A DNA stretch of 64,000 bases, from the NCBI RefSeq assembly GCF_963921235.1, contig NC_086097.1, forward strand, positions 210,988,001 through 211,052,000. The letters are read 5' to 3'. This DNA is from Mobula hypostoma (Eukaryota). The position numbers were made by a program, and so were the translations under genes. Position 1 is the stretch's first letter. Every line of letters starts with the position of its first letter. Under the pieces are notes generated by a model. That model was given only the letters and a program-made list of their open reading frames with translations. It was not told the DNA's origin and ran no database searches. This document shows positions 1-13,031 of this stretch, in pieces.

Positions 1-1820
1 AAGAGACAGCGAAGAATACAAACAACTTGATAAGACAATAAAAAGAAAATGCAGAGAAGCTAAAGACAGATGGCTAAATGAGAAATGCTTAGAGATAGAA
101 ATGCTACAAACCCATAACCCTGGAACAAAGTTGATGCACAATAAGAACTAATGGGGAAATTACCTTGCTCAGCAAGTGGATGCATCAAGGCAAAAGATGG
201 CAGCTTAATTATGAACAAAGAGGAAATCCTAAACAGATGGACAGAATATATAAAAGAACTTTTTGAAGAGCAAAGAGAAGAAAAACCGAACATAAAGAAG
301 AATCTTGAAGGACCTAGCATTCTAAAACCAGAAATTCGAGCAGCTGTAAATAAAACAAAACATAACAGAGCAACTGGTCCAGACAACATTGCTGTTGAAA
401 TGATACTGGCCTTAGAAGATTTTGGAATAGAGAAAATAACAGAAATAGCAAATGAAATCTATGATCATGGGGAGATACCTAATGATTTAAGTAAATCAGT
501 GTTCATCACACTTCCGAAGAAAGAGGGAGCAACAGAATGTGAGTTACATCATACAATAAGCCTAATGAGCCACGTGGCAAAAATTATTCTCAGGGTAATC
601 ATGATGAGAGCAAGATGATGTATTAAAATCAGAAATCAGTACAGAACAATGCGTCTTTGTGGAAAACACTGAACCAGAAATGCAACTTTCACGCTACGGA
701 TGATCTGTGAATGAGCCATCCAGGTACAAAAAGACATCTACCTATGTTTCGTTGACTATACAAAAGCTTTTAACACTGTCAGACAGCAAGATCTGGAAAT
801 GCGTCAAGATCTTGACATAGATGGGAAAGATACACGTTTCTTAAGAAACTTATACTGGGACCAGACAGCATCCATCAGAATAGAAGTGAGTGAGTATGTG
901 AATATCATGAGAGGAGTCAGGCAAGGTTGTGTCTTTTCACCAAACTTATTCAACCTGTATAGTGAAAATATCTTGAGAAATATCAAAGACATCAAAGGAT
1001 CCACAATTGGAGGCCATAATATAAGTAACATCAGATATGCTGATGACATCGTACTAATAGCTAACTCAGAAACAAAACTTCAAGAACTACTCACTATAGT
1101 GGCAGCAGAAAGTAATCGCAGAGGCCTCTCAATCAACACCAAGAAGACAGAGAGCATGGTCGTCTCCAGAAAGACAAACATCCCACAATGTGTGATCAAG
1201 ATCGGAAATACAAACATCAAACAAGTCAACAAATTCAAATATCTTGGCAGCCTAATAACAAGTAATGGCAGGTGTGACACAGATATCAAATACAGAATAG
1301 CAATGGTGAAAGAAGCTTTCCAAAAAATGAAGACCATATTAACAGACAGAAAGATGAGCATGTACACTAAAAACAGAATACTGCAGTGCAACATTTATTC
1401 TATCCTGACTTATGGAAGTGAATGCTGGACCATTTCTCCAGCAATGGAAAACATACTAGAAGCAGCTGAGTTATGGTTCTACAGGAGAATGTTAAAAATA
1501 TCATGGACCACGCACACATGAAATGAAGAAGTTATCAGAAGAGCCCAAGAAGTTCGATCACTCACACCAACAATAAGAAAAAGACAACTCAGATTCCTAG
1601 GACACATCATGTGGAAAGATGAACTAGAAAAACTCGTACTCTCTGGAAAGATTGAGGGGAGTAAACCTAAAGGAAGACCTCGACTTATGTACATCAGAAG
1701 CATAGCCAGGTGGCTACACATCGAGGAAATGGAAGTCATTCAAAAAATGAAGGATAGATCTATATGGAAAACTATGGTCACAAAAGTCCGCATCGGATAT
1801 GGTACCTAGACAGACAGACA
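1..1820 (+). mobile_element. RTE-clade LINE, 3' portion of RT ORF, frameshifted, running off the window start
   Basis: ORFs 151-618, 799-1521 and 1609-1809 give RT motifs (GVRQGCVFSP, NIRYADD, FKYLGS) and the RTE-type C-terminus GKIEGSKPKGRPR. Stop at 1809 is followed by an (AGAC)n tail. Confidence 0.9.
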
Positions 1821-2172
1821 TATATGATATAATATAAGATACTCACATAATGTCACAGACTTTTGCAGAACATCCAGAGCACAGTGGCTGACTTGGAAGG
1901 CTGATCATTAGATTATAGTGATTCTAGGTGGAGTGCATTGTTATTGCTTCTGTTATGATCTCCCCAAAATGGGAGTTTTAATAGTTGATCCTGAAGGTGT
2001 TGGGGCAAGATGGAGATGTAGAACTAGCAGCAGAACTAGAGCAGGTAACTCTGGCTATCATGAATGAAAAGGACAAGAGGGGCTCAAGTCACCGTTTCCA
2101 CTACCCCAGCTTCTCAGATGTGAGAACACTCACATCTCTACCCCTCGATTGTATCCAGCTCTTCAATTTATT

Positions 2173-2702
2173 TGTAATGCCCTGGTTAATATTTCTACTG
2201 CTGTGTTGTAAGATATTTTTATTTTGGAATTTTTCTGCAAAAACAGTGTGCTCTGCTAGTAAGAGTGTTTTGCCTTCAGCTAAAGATCAGGAGCAATGTT
2301 GTTCAACTTAGGAATGTTGTGTCAGCCAATCAGGATGGTGGGATGTAGAGAAGGTTCGAGAGAGCTGGACAGGAAGCGATTTCTGAAGGACAGTAGTCTG
2401 GTTTGGGGTCTTTTGGCGGGAGCTGTGAAGCGGGCACGGCGGAGGATGCCACAGGATGCCTTTGGAAGAAGAGTCCCTGTTACAAGAAGTGCTTTGTGCA
2501 GATGAATGGTTCCAAGGTGGAAGTGCCAATACTGGAGAGAGCCAGTTCATTCAAGATGGTCTTCAGGGGAAGTTTGAACTGTGGCTGGTGTCCTTCACAC
2601 AGAACATGGGTTTGGCGCGTGAGTAATACCCCCGACTACTCCAGGAATGAGCTCCAACATCTATGTGCTCATTTAGACTGGGCTACCGATAACTGTGTTA
2701 CA
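2173..2702. mobile_element. Probable solo or deleted LTR
   Basis: Bounded by TGTAA...TTACA and contains a CCAAT motif. No convincing TSD. Confidence 0.4.
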
Positions 2703-3739
2703 TAGCATTCACTCAAATCAAAGTTCCTGTTTGGTTGAACCCCAGATCATACCAACCCTAGACATATATTGCTTATGAATGGTGACCTTCTCACTGCTGA
2801 GTCACGTGACCGTTAGGTATACGTGCCCCAGTGGGAGGGTTGCATATCCAAAGAGCATGATCTTAAGGACTAAGACCTTAGAGCGTTTGTAGATAGAACC
2901 TTACGATGTCTGCTCTCCTCTGTCCATCAGGGTTAGGATCACCATCACTTCCTAGACTTGGAGTAGTTCAGGCAGCTGCTCTGTGCCATCCATTCCATTT
3001 TACTACACACAGCAGCATTTAGAAAATCACTGATGCGCAAGAAACCAGAGGTCAATTTGGAACAGATTATACTGCAACACACAGATATTGAATGGTCTCC
3101 CCGTGACGCCATGGAAATGGAAGCCTGCTCCATTAGATACAGAAGTGTGAGCATTAGTTGCAATGAAACACTGTTATTTCCAGAGAGGAAACCCACCTGG
3201 TTCTCTATAAACAGCTGAAGAAGACTGGAAGGTAGTCCCCTATTCTTCTCATCCCTTACATAATGTCAGACAAACTGTACACTATGCTAGTGTACATCAG
3301 TATCAGATATATTTTTCTCTTTCTCTGACACTTCCTCAGGTGATTGGCACTCTTCATAGTGTGGTGAACTTTGGTGGGTCTCAGGAACAATAGTCAGAAT
3401 GTTCATTGCTCTCCTGCTGCCAGGGAGATTCATCACTTCCTCAGCTGCAGGAAGCCCTGCAGACTGTAATGTGTCAATACTTACCAGGAATAGCAACCGC
3501 TTCTCAAGCCCAGCGAGCCTATAAACACAGGTGAGCTCCATCTTGTCTGCCTGATGAGGTACCTGCTTCATGTGACTTTAGCCTAAAAGACTAAGGGAAA
3601 ATTGTAATGTCAAGGTACATCAGTGTAATTTTACTTGATGTTTATGTGTATGTGTATGTACATGTTTCCGCGTGAGGTTGTTCCTGTTTCAATAAGGTAT
3701 CAATACAAATGTGGTCAAGGTCCAAGTGAACTCGAGGTC

Positions 3740-3968
3740 TTGGACTGTATTTTTTATGTGGATGCATTTTACTGCTATCTTATACGTTATATATGTGCCC
3801 TGTGCTGTGTATGACTGATGGTACTGTGTTTTGTACCTTGGCCCCGCTGTTTGTTCGGTTGTATACATGTACAGTTGAATGACAATTAAACTTGAACTTG
3901 AACTGTACTGATACCACAACAACATAAATTTCAAGACCTATCTCAGTGATAATAAACCTGATTCTGAT
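3740..3968 (+). mobile_element. Two stacked LINE (Rex1-like) 3' end remnants
   Basis: ATTAAA+(CTTGAA)n tail at ~3886-3903 and AATAAA+CCTGATTCTGAT tail at ~3951-3968. The same tails end Rex1 copies elsewhere in the window. Confidence 0.55.
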
Positions 3969-4303
3969 ATTGTCAGTGAATTCATAAAGACATATCATGC
4001 TTGATCATGCGTTTTCTTCCATCATTGCTCCCAGCTGTATGTTGAGACATACGTTGAAGAAAGATAGCTTCATGGCCAACTCATGCCAGCTGCTCTGGCC
4101 TGTTGTCTTTCTTAGCTTCCTACTGCACTGTGGCACGGGCCACTCCAAGTCAACCTCATGACAAAGACAGTGAGGTAGGGCTCAGTGGTGGGTGGAGCAG
4201 TGGTTCTCTTTCGGAACCTTTCACTCTGTCAGCTTCTTCAAGCCATCAATACTCGACCACAATTGCAGCAATGCTGTGGATTAGCAGTGAGTACCCCTTA
4301 AAG

Positions 4304-4364
4304 CAGGGGTTCCCAACCTTTTTCATGCCATAGACCCCCTACCATTACAGGTTGGGAAACCCTG
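4304..4364. mobile_element. 61-bp hAT-type MITE
   Basis: TIR CAGGGGTTCCCAACCT...AGGTTGGGAAACCCTG. The 8-bp flanks match at 5/8 positions (decayed TSD). Confidence 0.7.
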
Positions 4365-4380
4365 CATCAAAACATTCAGA

Positions 4381-5030
4381 TGTGACCCAATTGCAGAGAG
4401 AGAGACGCACTGAAGCAGGACAACAGTTCACTGGCTTCAATGAGAACTGTTGCAGAATTTAAAGGAAAATAAGTGCTTGGCCAACAGGGCCATTAACTAA
4501 AACTCTCAAACTGAAAGTTAATTGCCAACACTGTGGCTGGAAGTAATAACTAAGCACTAAATGAAGGCCGTTCCTTTACAGAACCTGTTGAAACGGTCGC
4601 CCTCATTCCAGGATAAGGATGAGGGGAAGCAGGCAGCATAAACTTTGCTGTGCTTTTGGTCAAGCCTTGACAAGACTAGAACAAAAAGAAGAAATACCTC
4701 CATAATGAGACAGTAATCAGCTGGAAACTGCATACTCGCGTGGGCAATTGCTGAGTCTGTTGTGCAACCCCCCGTGCCGGTGCGTAGACCCCACAACATA
4801 GTCTGTGGTTGTTACAGGGTCACCCCCACCCTTCCTGGGCACAGCTCGCAAGGCATTGAAAAGCTGTGCCTGGTGGAAGTCCCAGATGAGAGATTTGCCC
4901 AGGATGTAATCAGACGGGATCCAAGGACATTCCTCAGGACCATATCCCTCCCAATCCATGAGGTACTGGAGCTTGGCCAGCACCCGGCAAGATGCACAGT
5001 GTAGACGAGGGAACCATCCACCAAGTGGGC
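4381..5030 (-). mobile_element. Chromodomain-bearing Gypsy 3' end plus LTR (LTR ~4381-4816)
   Basis: Minus-strand ORF reads [19 protein letters not shown] (integrase chromodomain), followed by a purine-rich PPT and a TG...CA-bounded segment. Confidence 0.8.
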
Positions 5031-5321
5031 AGAAGGGGGAGGTGGGGGAGGTGACTGAAGCTGGGGGAGGGGGGCGGAGGTAGTAGCTGGTAGTAGAGTA
5101 GTAGACCCTGCAACAGTCTCAATGGTTGTGACACCCTCCTTTAAGGGTTGGAGCCCTAGCATCCTGGTCAGTGCTTTCAGTTTTCAAATTGTCTCTTAAG
5201 GAATGCTTGACGTTGCAATTGTACTAATAGATATTCACAAATAGCAAGATATAAAACTGTGTTGAGTGTGTATTAACATGAATACTTTTGGGTTAACCCA
5301 CAGGAGGTTAAAAGAATTAGC

Positions 5322-5535
5322 AAACAAGAGAAAATCTGCAGATGCTGGAAATCCAAGCAACTCACACAACATATTGGAGGAACTCAGCAGGCCAGGCAGC
5401 ATCTATGGAAAAGAGTACAGTCAACGTTTCGGGCTGAGACCCTTCAGCAGGTTCTCCAGTCCTTTTGAAGGGTCTCAGCTTGAAACATTGACAGTAGTCC
5501 TTTCCATAGTTGCTGCCTGGCCTGCTGAGTTCCAA
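5322..5535. mobile_element. Penelope-like element, fold-back pLTR pair with two decayed hammerhead motifs
   Basis: Inverted arms around ~5455. Duplication AGAATTAGCAA at 5313-5323 and 5537-5547. Confidence 0.8.
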
Positions 5536-6549
5536 TAGAATTAGCAATCCCAATGAGGAGTAATCCAGTTTTTAGGCAAACATGCTGAGATGAGTTACTC
5601 GCATTTGTGCTTAGTATTGACTTCATAATATTTGATAACATAATATCTCTAACATGGTTCAAAGGAACATTGTGAAGGATAATAATTGCATGCTGTCATA
5701 CCTAGTAGAGAAATTTTACTATAAATTCATGTCAACTTGGTTTCAAATACTTGTTATTTACTTTCATTTAAAAAAAATCTACAACAGAAATGCAAATTAA
5801 GCAATTTATAAGTTTAAGGCTAAAAGCACCAAAGAATGTAATTACCTCTTTACCCCCCCCCCCCCGCCTAACGTTATAAACTTGGCATCTCTTAATATTG
5901 TTTAGAACACCACTCTGCAAGATCAATGTTTTCTCAATAAACTGTGTTTTCACTTTTGTAAAGACATAATTGAATCAGAAAAACAAATTCCACCTCACCT
6001 CTGCAAGCATTGAAATAGGATTTTTAAATAACATGCCTTTTCTGCAGGAGGGAACATGATTATTCTGACCTTATTAGTTAGGGCCCTAGATCAGTAGGAG
6101 CACCAAGGACTGCAATGAGAATTTTCTGACTATAATAATTTTAAAGGGAAATATCCAGTAAAATATGACACATTGAGAGAAAAAACAGGAAGAAGTATAA
6201 TACTTACTTATATTTCCTTCAAATAATCGATCTGGAGTATTTCTCTATTAAAAGTTTGTTAAAAGGAAGTGTGGCTACTGATTGAAAGAATAACTTTCTG
6301 CTGAGTTCCCCATGAAGACTAAAAAGCTTCAATATTGCTTTCAAATCTATATTAATTTAACTGAAACATAATTGGTAATACTTATAATGAAGAACTGTAA
6401 TTCACATAGAATACCAAAATAACAAGGTCAATGTAGAACAGCTGGACATGATTTTCATGTCAAAGCTGTGAATTTTGAAGGTGCGGGCAAAAGTGTTCTT
6501 GCTCTAAATGAAGTCATAGCAAAATATAATTTGGTGATGGCTTTGGTAT

Positions 6550-7428
6550 TTTTTTTATTGTTATCTGTACCAAGATACAGTGAAAATCTTGTCCTGCATA
6601 CTATACATACATATCAAATCATTCTACAGTGCATTGAGGTAGAACAAGATAAAATAATAACAATCTAGAATAAAGTGTGAAAGTTATCAAAAAGCGTAAT
6701 GCAGGGTAACAATAAAATGCAAGATCATCACAAGGTAGTTTGTGAGGTCCAGAGTCTATTTTACCATACAAGAGGTTTGTTCAATAGTGGGATAGAAACT
6801 GTCCTCCAGCCTGATGGTATGTGCATTCGGGCTTTTGTATCTTCTGCTCTATGGGACAAGGGAGAAAAGTGGATGTCTGAGGTGGTTGGGGTGTTTGATT
6901 AAACTGGCTACTTTACTGAAGCAGCGAGAAATATAGAGCCCACAAAAGGGAGGTTGGTTCCTGTAATGTGCTGAACTATGCCCACAGCTCTCTCTGCATT
7001 TTCTTGATGTCACATGTGGAGCAGTTACCATACCAAACTGTTTTGCAACCAGATATAATGGTTTCTATGGTGCATCAATAAAAATTGGTAGGGGTTGACG
7101 GGGATATGCCAAACTTCTTTGAAGGAAAGGCATTGGGTGATTTTTCTTGGCCATGACATAAACATGCTTGGAGCAGGACAGGCTATTGCTGATGTTGTCT
7201 CCTAGAAACTTGAAATTCTCAAACAGTCCCAACCTCAGCACTGTTGGTATAGTCAGGAGCATGTGCACTGCCTCTTTCTCTGATGTCAATGGCCATCTCT
7301 TTTATTTTGTTGACTGTGAGGGAAAGGTTATTGTGAAGAAACCATAACACTAGGCTCTCTACTTCCTTCCTGTACTCAGACTCTTTGGTATTTAAGATGT
7401 GGCCCACTGTGGTGGGATCATTTGCACA
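6550..7428 (-). mobile_element. Rex1/Babar-like LINE fragment
   Basis: Minus-strand translations NNLSLTVNKIKEMAID and ENFKFLG..IS.SLS. Confidence 0.75.
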
Positions 7429-7429
7429 G

Positions 7430-7655
7430 CCTCAGAAAAGAGAGACATCCATTTAGAACAGAGATGAGAAGGAGTTTCTTTAGCCAGTGTGTGGTAAAAC
7501 TGCGGAATTCACTGATAGACAGCTGTGAAGGCCAAATCATTGAGTATATTTAAAGCAGAGGTTTATAGGTTCTTGGTTGGTCAGGGTGTCAAAGGTTACA
7601 GGGAGAATGCAGGAGAATGGAGTTGAGAGGGATAATAAATCAACCATGATGGAAT
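7430..7655 (+). mobile_element. CR1 LINE 3' fragment
   Basis: Encodes FRTEMRRSFFSQ.VV.L.NSL-like CR1 C-terminus plus 3' UTR. Confidence 0.7.
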
Positions 7656-7832
7656 AATCCATTTTATTAAGCCAAGATAAAATTCAAGAGCTTTTCACCA
7701 CCTAATCATAAAGAATGGCCAGTATTGAGATACTACACATACCAATTATCTGCCGATATCTATTTATAAAGCATACAGAACCTATTGCTTTGCATTACTT
7801 TCTCCTGATAAATAAATCATTATTAACCTCAA

Positions 7833-8760
7833 AGAGTCATGGAGACATAGATAAGTACAGCACAGAATCAGGCCCTTCAGCCATTCTAGTTCATGCCAAA
7901 CTACTTAAACCGCCTACTTCTACTGATCTTCACTGCGACCATAACCCTTTGCAATTCTGCTATCGAGGTACCTAATCAAACTTCTCTTAAATGTTAAAAT
8001 CAAGCTTGGATGCACCACTTCTGTTGGCAGCTCGTTACACACCCTCACAACCCTCTGAGTGAAAAAGTTTCCCCTCCTGTTCCCCTTAAACTTTTCACCT
8101 TTCACCCTTAATCCATGACCACTGGTTGTTGTCCCACAAACCTCAGTGGAAAAAGCCTTCTTGCAGCTTGCATTTACCCTATCTATACCCCTCGTAATTT
8201 CATATACCTCTATCAAATCTTCTCTCAATCTTCTGCATTTCAAGGATTAAAATCCTAACCTATTCAATCTTTCCTTCCAACTCAGGTCCTTCAGAACCAG
8301 CAACATCCTTGTAGGTTTGCTCTGTACTCTTTCAACTTTATTTAAATCTTTCCTGTAGGTAGGTGACCGAAACTGCACACAATAATCCAAATTAGGCCTT
8401 ACCAACGTCTTATACAACTTCAACATCCCTTTGCTCTACTGCTCTCCTTGGTACCCTACCATTCGCTGTGTAAGAGTTACTCAGGATGGTTCTACCAAAG
8501 TGCAACACCTCATACTTGTCTGCATCAAATTCCATCGGCCATTTTTCAGTCCGTTTTCCCAGCTGGTCCAGATCCAGCTGCAAGGCATGATAGCCTTCCT
8601 TGATGTCCACTACACCACCAATTATCCGCAAATTTGCTGATTTAGTTAGCCACTTTATCATCCAGATTATTGATATAGATGGCAAACAACAATGGATTGA
8701 GAACTGATCCATTTGGCACTTCACTTGTCACAGGCCTCCCATCTACTACCACTCTTTGCT
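7833..8760 (-). mobile_element. CR1 LINE 3' fragment
   Basis: ORFs 7920-8243 (RRLREDLIEVY, NFFTQRVV) and 8410-8724. Confidence 0.85.
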
Positions 8761-8769
8761 TCGGACAAA

Positions 8770-9420
8770 GCCTTTACTAAATGGCACATATTTGCACAAT
8801 TAAAAGCCTATATCAAAAAAGAGGCTACAGCTATCTAACAATCAAGACCCAAACGGAACTTAATATACCTAATTACTTTTCAGCATGAAGTCATCATTCA
8901 AAATATTCCAGGCCATAGTGGGCAAGGTGTTAAAAAGTCCAATTCTACCTATGCAATTATGATGATGATGTGATTGCAATAGCCACAGTAGAGAAAATTC
9001 TCTGAATAATTAGAGGCATTTTGGAGGCTTTATAACCAAAGTATAAATGCACCTTAATGTAGGTAGAAATGCTTTATTTGGGCCTGTGTCTGGACACAGA
9101 TATTTCACAGCTGGGCAATGAAAATGTTGAGCATATTGACAAGCCTACAAAGCCTCAGAATGATACTAGCATTGATACTTCTGTGCAACATTTCAATACA
9201 ATGCCAGGTTTCTGCCAGAACTCAACAATACTGACTGCCTCCTAGTGTATTATGATACAACTTGTATATTAAAGCTCATTTGCAATTATTCCAATTATGG
9301 ATCTGAGGCAGTTAGTATCCACTGCATGTAGCTCAATGCCTTTGCATCACACACATGATAAAAGAGCACGTGGAACTGTGTTCAGATAGAAAAAGAAGCA
9401 TTGACAACCACATTTGGGAG
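8770..9420 (+). mobile_element. Highly decayed Gypsy pol (RT/RNase H) remnant
   Basis: Degenerate matches to YLTI.T, YYD...KLIC..S.YG and QIEKEAL motifs. Many stops. Confidence 0.5.
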
Positions 9421-9424
9421 AGGT

Positions 9425-10245
9425 ACGTCATGCATAATTGACTTTTTTGAGGAAGTGACAAAACAAATCGATGAAAGTAGAGCAATGGATGTGTATATGG
9501 ATTTTGCTAATATGTTTGACAAGGTTACCTGTGGTAGATTAATTCAGGCATTAAATCCAGGAACTAGGCTGCATGGAGTCGGAATTGGCTTGCCCATAGA
9601 AGGCAGAGGATAGTAGTAGATGGAATGTATTCTGCCTGAAGGCCTATGATTGGTGATGTTCTGCAGGTTTTCCTGCTCTTATGGTTTTTATAAATGACTT
9701 AGATGAAGAAGTGAAGGTGTGGGTTGGTAAGTTTGCAGATAGCACGAAGGTTGGTCGTGTTGTGCAGCGTGTGGAAGGTTGTTGTAGGTTACAATGGGAT
9801 ATTGACAGGATGCAGAGCTCAGCTGAGAAGTGATACATTGAGTTCAACTACGTCAAGTATGAAGTGAAATACTTTGAAATACTTTGGAAGGTCAAACTTG
9901 ATGGCAGAGAACAAAGTTAATGGCAGGATTCTTGGCAGTTGAGGGAAAATGAAGGATCTTGTGGTCCAAATCCATAAATCCCTCAATGATGCTACACAAG
10001 CTAATGAGGTAGTTAAGAAGGCATATGGCCTTTGTTAGTGGGGAATTGAGTTCACGGCATGAACTCAGTGGTGGTGGGGGGTGGGGGGGGGTGGTGGAAT
10101 GTCCTGCGAGAGGTTGTGGTATAGTCAGATAGTTTAGGCACATGAATGATAGAAAAAATGGAGGGTTATACAGGAGGGAAGGGTTAGATTGATCCTAGAA
10201 TAGGTTCTGATGTCAGCAGATGTCAAAGGGTCTGTACTGTGCCAT
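9425..10245 (+). mobile_element. Decayed CR1 LINE fragment
   Basis: FFEEVTKQIDE, VYMDF..FDKV and KFAD motifs plus CR1 3' UTR. Confidence 0.8.
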
Positions 10246-10664
10246 TCCACTTTCTTAAAGCGTTTTAAGTTGCTGTCATACTAGTAGATCTCCACTGATC
10301 AGCAGGCAACACCAAGTTTGGATAACATAGCCTGTATTCTGAGATCTGTTAGAGCAGCAGATGACATGAATTTATGCAATCTGCATTATAGTCTGTGGAG
10401 ATAAGTTAATTAATTATCCAGTTTCACCTCTTACAAGTTCAGTGAGTATTCTTCAGTCTGGTTGGTTAAATCGTTTCACTGTTGCATAACGTTCCTTAGA
10501 TTGTGCCTCGTCTGAACAGACGTCAATCTAGATCATCTCTCTCCTGCAGAAACCTTTGTAGCAACTGTCAGTGAGTTCCATGGCAAGTGACTTAATGACA
10601 GTAACCGTAACTGGATCTAGGACTTCTTGCAGGAGAGGTCTCATCATGCTGAGTGCTGGTATCT

Positions 10665-11307
10665 CCCCCACCCCACTCCCAGGGGTGCGTGCTCAGCCAC
10701 TGCTGACACACGACTGTGCTGCTAGATCCAGCTCTGACCATATCATTAACTTTGCTGATGACACAACAGTGATTGGCCTCATCAGCAATAATTATGAGTC
10801 AGTATACAGTGGAGGCAGTATGGCTTGTGGACTGGTGAAAACTCAACAACTTGAGCCTCAACATGCACAAGAGTAAAGAGATAATTGTGGACTTCAGAAA
10901 GGTGCAGGCTGACCACTCCTTCCTACTGCACATCAATGATGTTCTCCAAGGAGAGAGTCAGAGCACCAAGTTTCTTAGAGAGCACATCACAGATGATCTC
11001 ACCTGATCCCTCAACACCACCTCTTTAGTCAATAAAGCACAGCAGCACTTTCACTTCCTGAGCATATTAAGGCAAACAAGGCTCACCACCCCCATTCTAA
11101 CCACATTCTACAGGAGCACTATTGAGTATGGCCTGATCAGCTGTATCACCATCTGGTATTGGGTATTGGGCCATGAGACCCTGCAATGTATTGTGAGGAC
11201 TGCACCCCCATCCAGGACATATCCCAAAGGTGCTGTGTTTTTAGAGCTTTTGGCATTGTCATCGTCCCATAATCTTTTTGACCTCCTACTGTCAGGCAGA
11301 AGGTATC
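10665..11307 (+). mobile_element. Rex1-like LINE, 5' part; resumes at 15614-16102 after the Gypsy insertion
   Basis: THDC and FADDTTVIGLIS motifs and LFDLL.SGRRY. The 3' part ends in a (CTTGAA)n tail near 16100. Confidence 0.8.
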
Positions 11308-11500
11308 TGTACCATATAGCCTACTGTATAATATGGGACTATTTTATGTCGTAGTAACACGTTATTGAGCATGTGCTGTTAGGTGCGTATTGATCTGTAT
11401 ATACGTGTTCAGTTTGGGTTCTGTGAGTAAGAAGTCCTGTTAACTTAGCTCCAGTCTCTAGCATTTTTATTTATAGTTTTGTTGTGTAACATACACAACA
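11308..11500 (+). repeat. 5' LTR
   Basis: Direct repeat of 15421-15613, about 20 substitutions by manual count. Confidence 0.95.
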
Positions 11501-11979
11501 AATTGGCAACGAGGTTAATGAACCTACATCGTATCGGAACGCCGTGTTTTAATTGATAACGGCACTCAGAAGAGGCAGAGTGAGGCCGTGAGTCTGAAAA
11601 GAAGCGGGAGTTCAGCCAGAGTCGGGAACGTTGGGAGACCGAAAGACACAGTCGGAGCTGCGGCGCGTCCAGGCGAGACCACAGGGTTGAGGGTCTGCCT
11701 GCCTCAGAAGGGAGATTTTTAAAAAGGAGCGACACACGCATCTAGCCAGAGTACACTCGTGACGCTAGCAAAAAAAAGGTCACTTGAGTCAAAAGAACAC
11801 AAGGGACCAGGGCTAAATTAACATAATAAGGATAAATTAACACAACAAGGATGGCGTTAATTGGAACCATTACAGCATTTGATAGTGGCATTGAAGACTG
11901 GGCAACTTTTATTGAAGAATAGAGTTATATTGTGATGCTAACGATGTTAATGAAGAAAAGTAAGCCAACGTCTTACTTA

Positions 11980-13031
11980 GGCTAGGTCCGCACTGGACCG
12001 GATAAATACGTAACCGAAGCTTTTTCTCTTCGTTTTTACCTTTCGTCCACACTAAAACGGCGTTTTCATCCCCCGAAAATGGAGATTTTCAGAAACAGTC
12101 TCCAGAGTGAATAAATCTGAAAACGCCTAATATCCGTTGTAGTGTATACAGGGTAAATGGAGAGATTTTAAAACGCTGTCATGACAACACAACAACAATG
12201 CTTTTTCTGCTTTTGCTTGGTACCGTGCAAGCACAGCCGGACGGCTGTTATAACGCGCAGTCAGTGTGAATGGCGTAAGAGTTAAATTGTAAAGTCAGCT
12301 TTTTTGAGTATTTAAAAACGCTGTCATGATGTGCTGGAACAAATGGCGGCAGCGCGGCATTTCATTGTTTTCTTGAACGCAACCCCCCACACAACCTAAC
12401 AATTTCAGAACAGACGGCAACGAGACTGAAGCCAGAAGAGTTAGAAGTGTACTCACCAAATACTTTGACCCATAGCTTACTGAATAAATAAGTATACTCA
12501 CTTTGCCCTGTTTTCTGCCCTTGCTTGTATGAAGGTGGGTTACCTATTTATGCAAGTACTTCTCTGACAATAGATGTGTAACAGCCTAATGTAACATTGC
12601 ATGGAAATACAAGATAACACTGATGCAGACATGTTTTATACATTTAACAAGGTGCTTTATTAATGCAACAGAGTTAGTCAGTTTTTCAATGTTCGTCGTC
12701 AGCCGAGTCATACTGTCCGTGAACTCCCTGTCGGTTGCCTCCATATGCTCCAGTATTTGTTTTTTTTTAGTTTTAAGTCCTCCTGCGCGAGAGCCAACAG
12801 CAATTCCTTTAAAGTTTTCTAGTCTGTAACTGAACAAACACACACCAAATATACAGTTTCCTCTTCGCTTGTTTTCTGTGTCCTGCGCATGCCCAGTAGG
12901 AGGAGATTCGCCCAAATATCTGTTCTAATGTGGACTGAGATATTTTGAAAAATGCTTGGTGTGGACACCTGTCGTTTTTATTGGAAACCGGCGTTTTCAA
13001 AATTATCTGGTCTATTAGCCTAGACGTAGGT
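11980..13031. mobile_element. PIF/Harbinger-type non-autonomous DNA transposon inserted in Gypsy gag
   Basis: TTA duplicated at 11977-11979 and 13032-13034, and gag rejoins across it. Imperfect TIR GGCTAGGTCCGCACTGGACCGGATAA versus TTATCTGGTCTA...GACGTAGG. Subterminal GAAAACG and TGTGGAC repeats. Confidence 0.75.

Noticed and set aside
2945..3571. Short ORFs in unclassified sequence
   Set aside because: No recognisable domain or splice context.
5990..6260. AG...GT-bounded micro-exon candidates (others near 16280-16350, 17407-17472 and 25623-25686)
   Set aside because: Such pairs arise by chance in AT-rich DNA. The peptides are unrecognised and lie on inconsistent strands.
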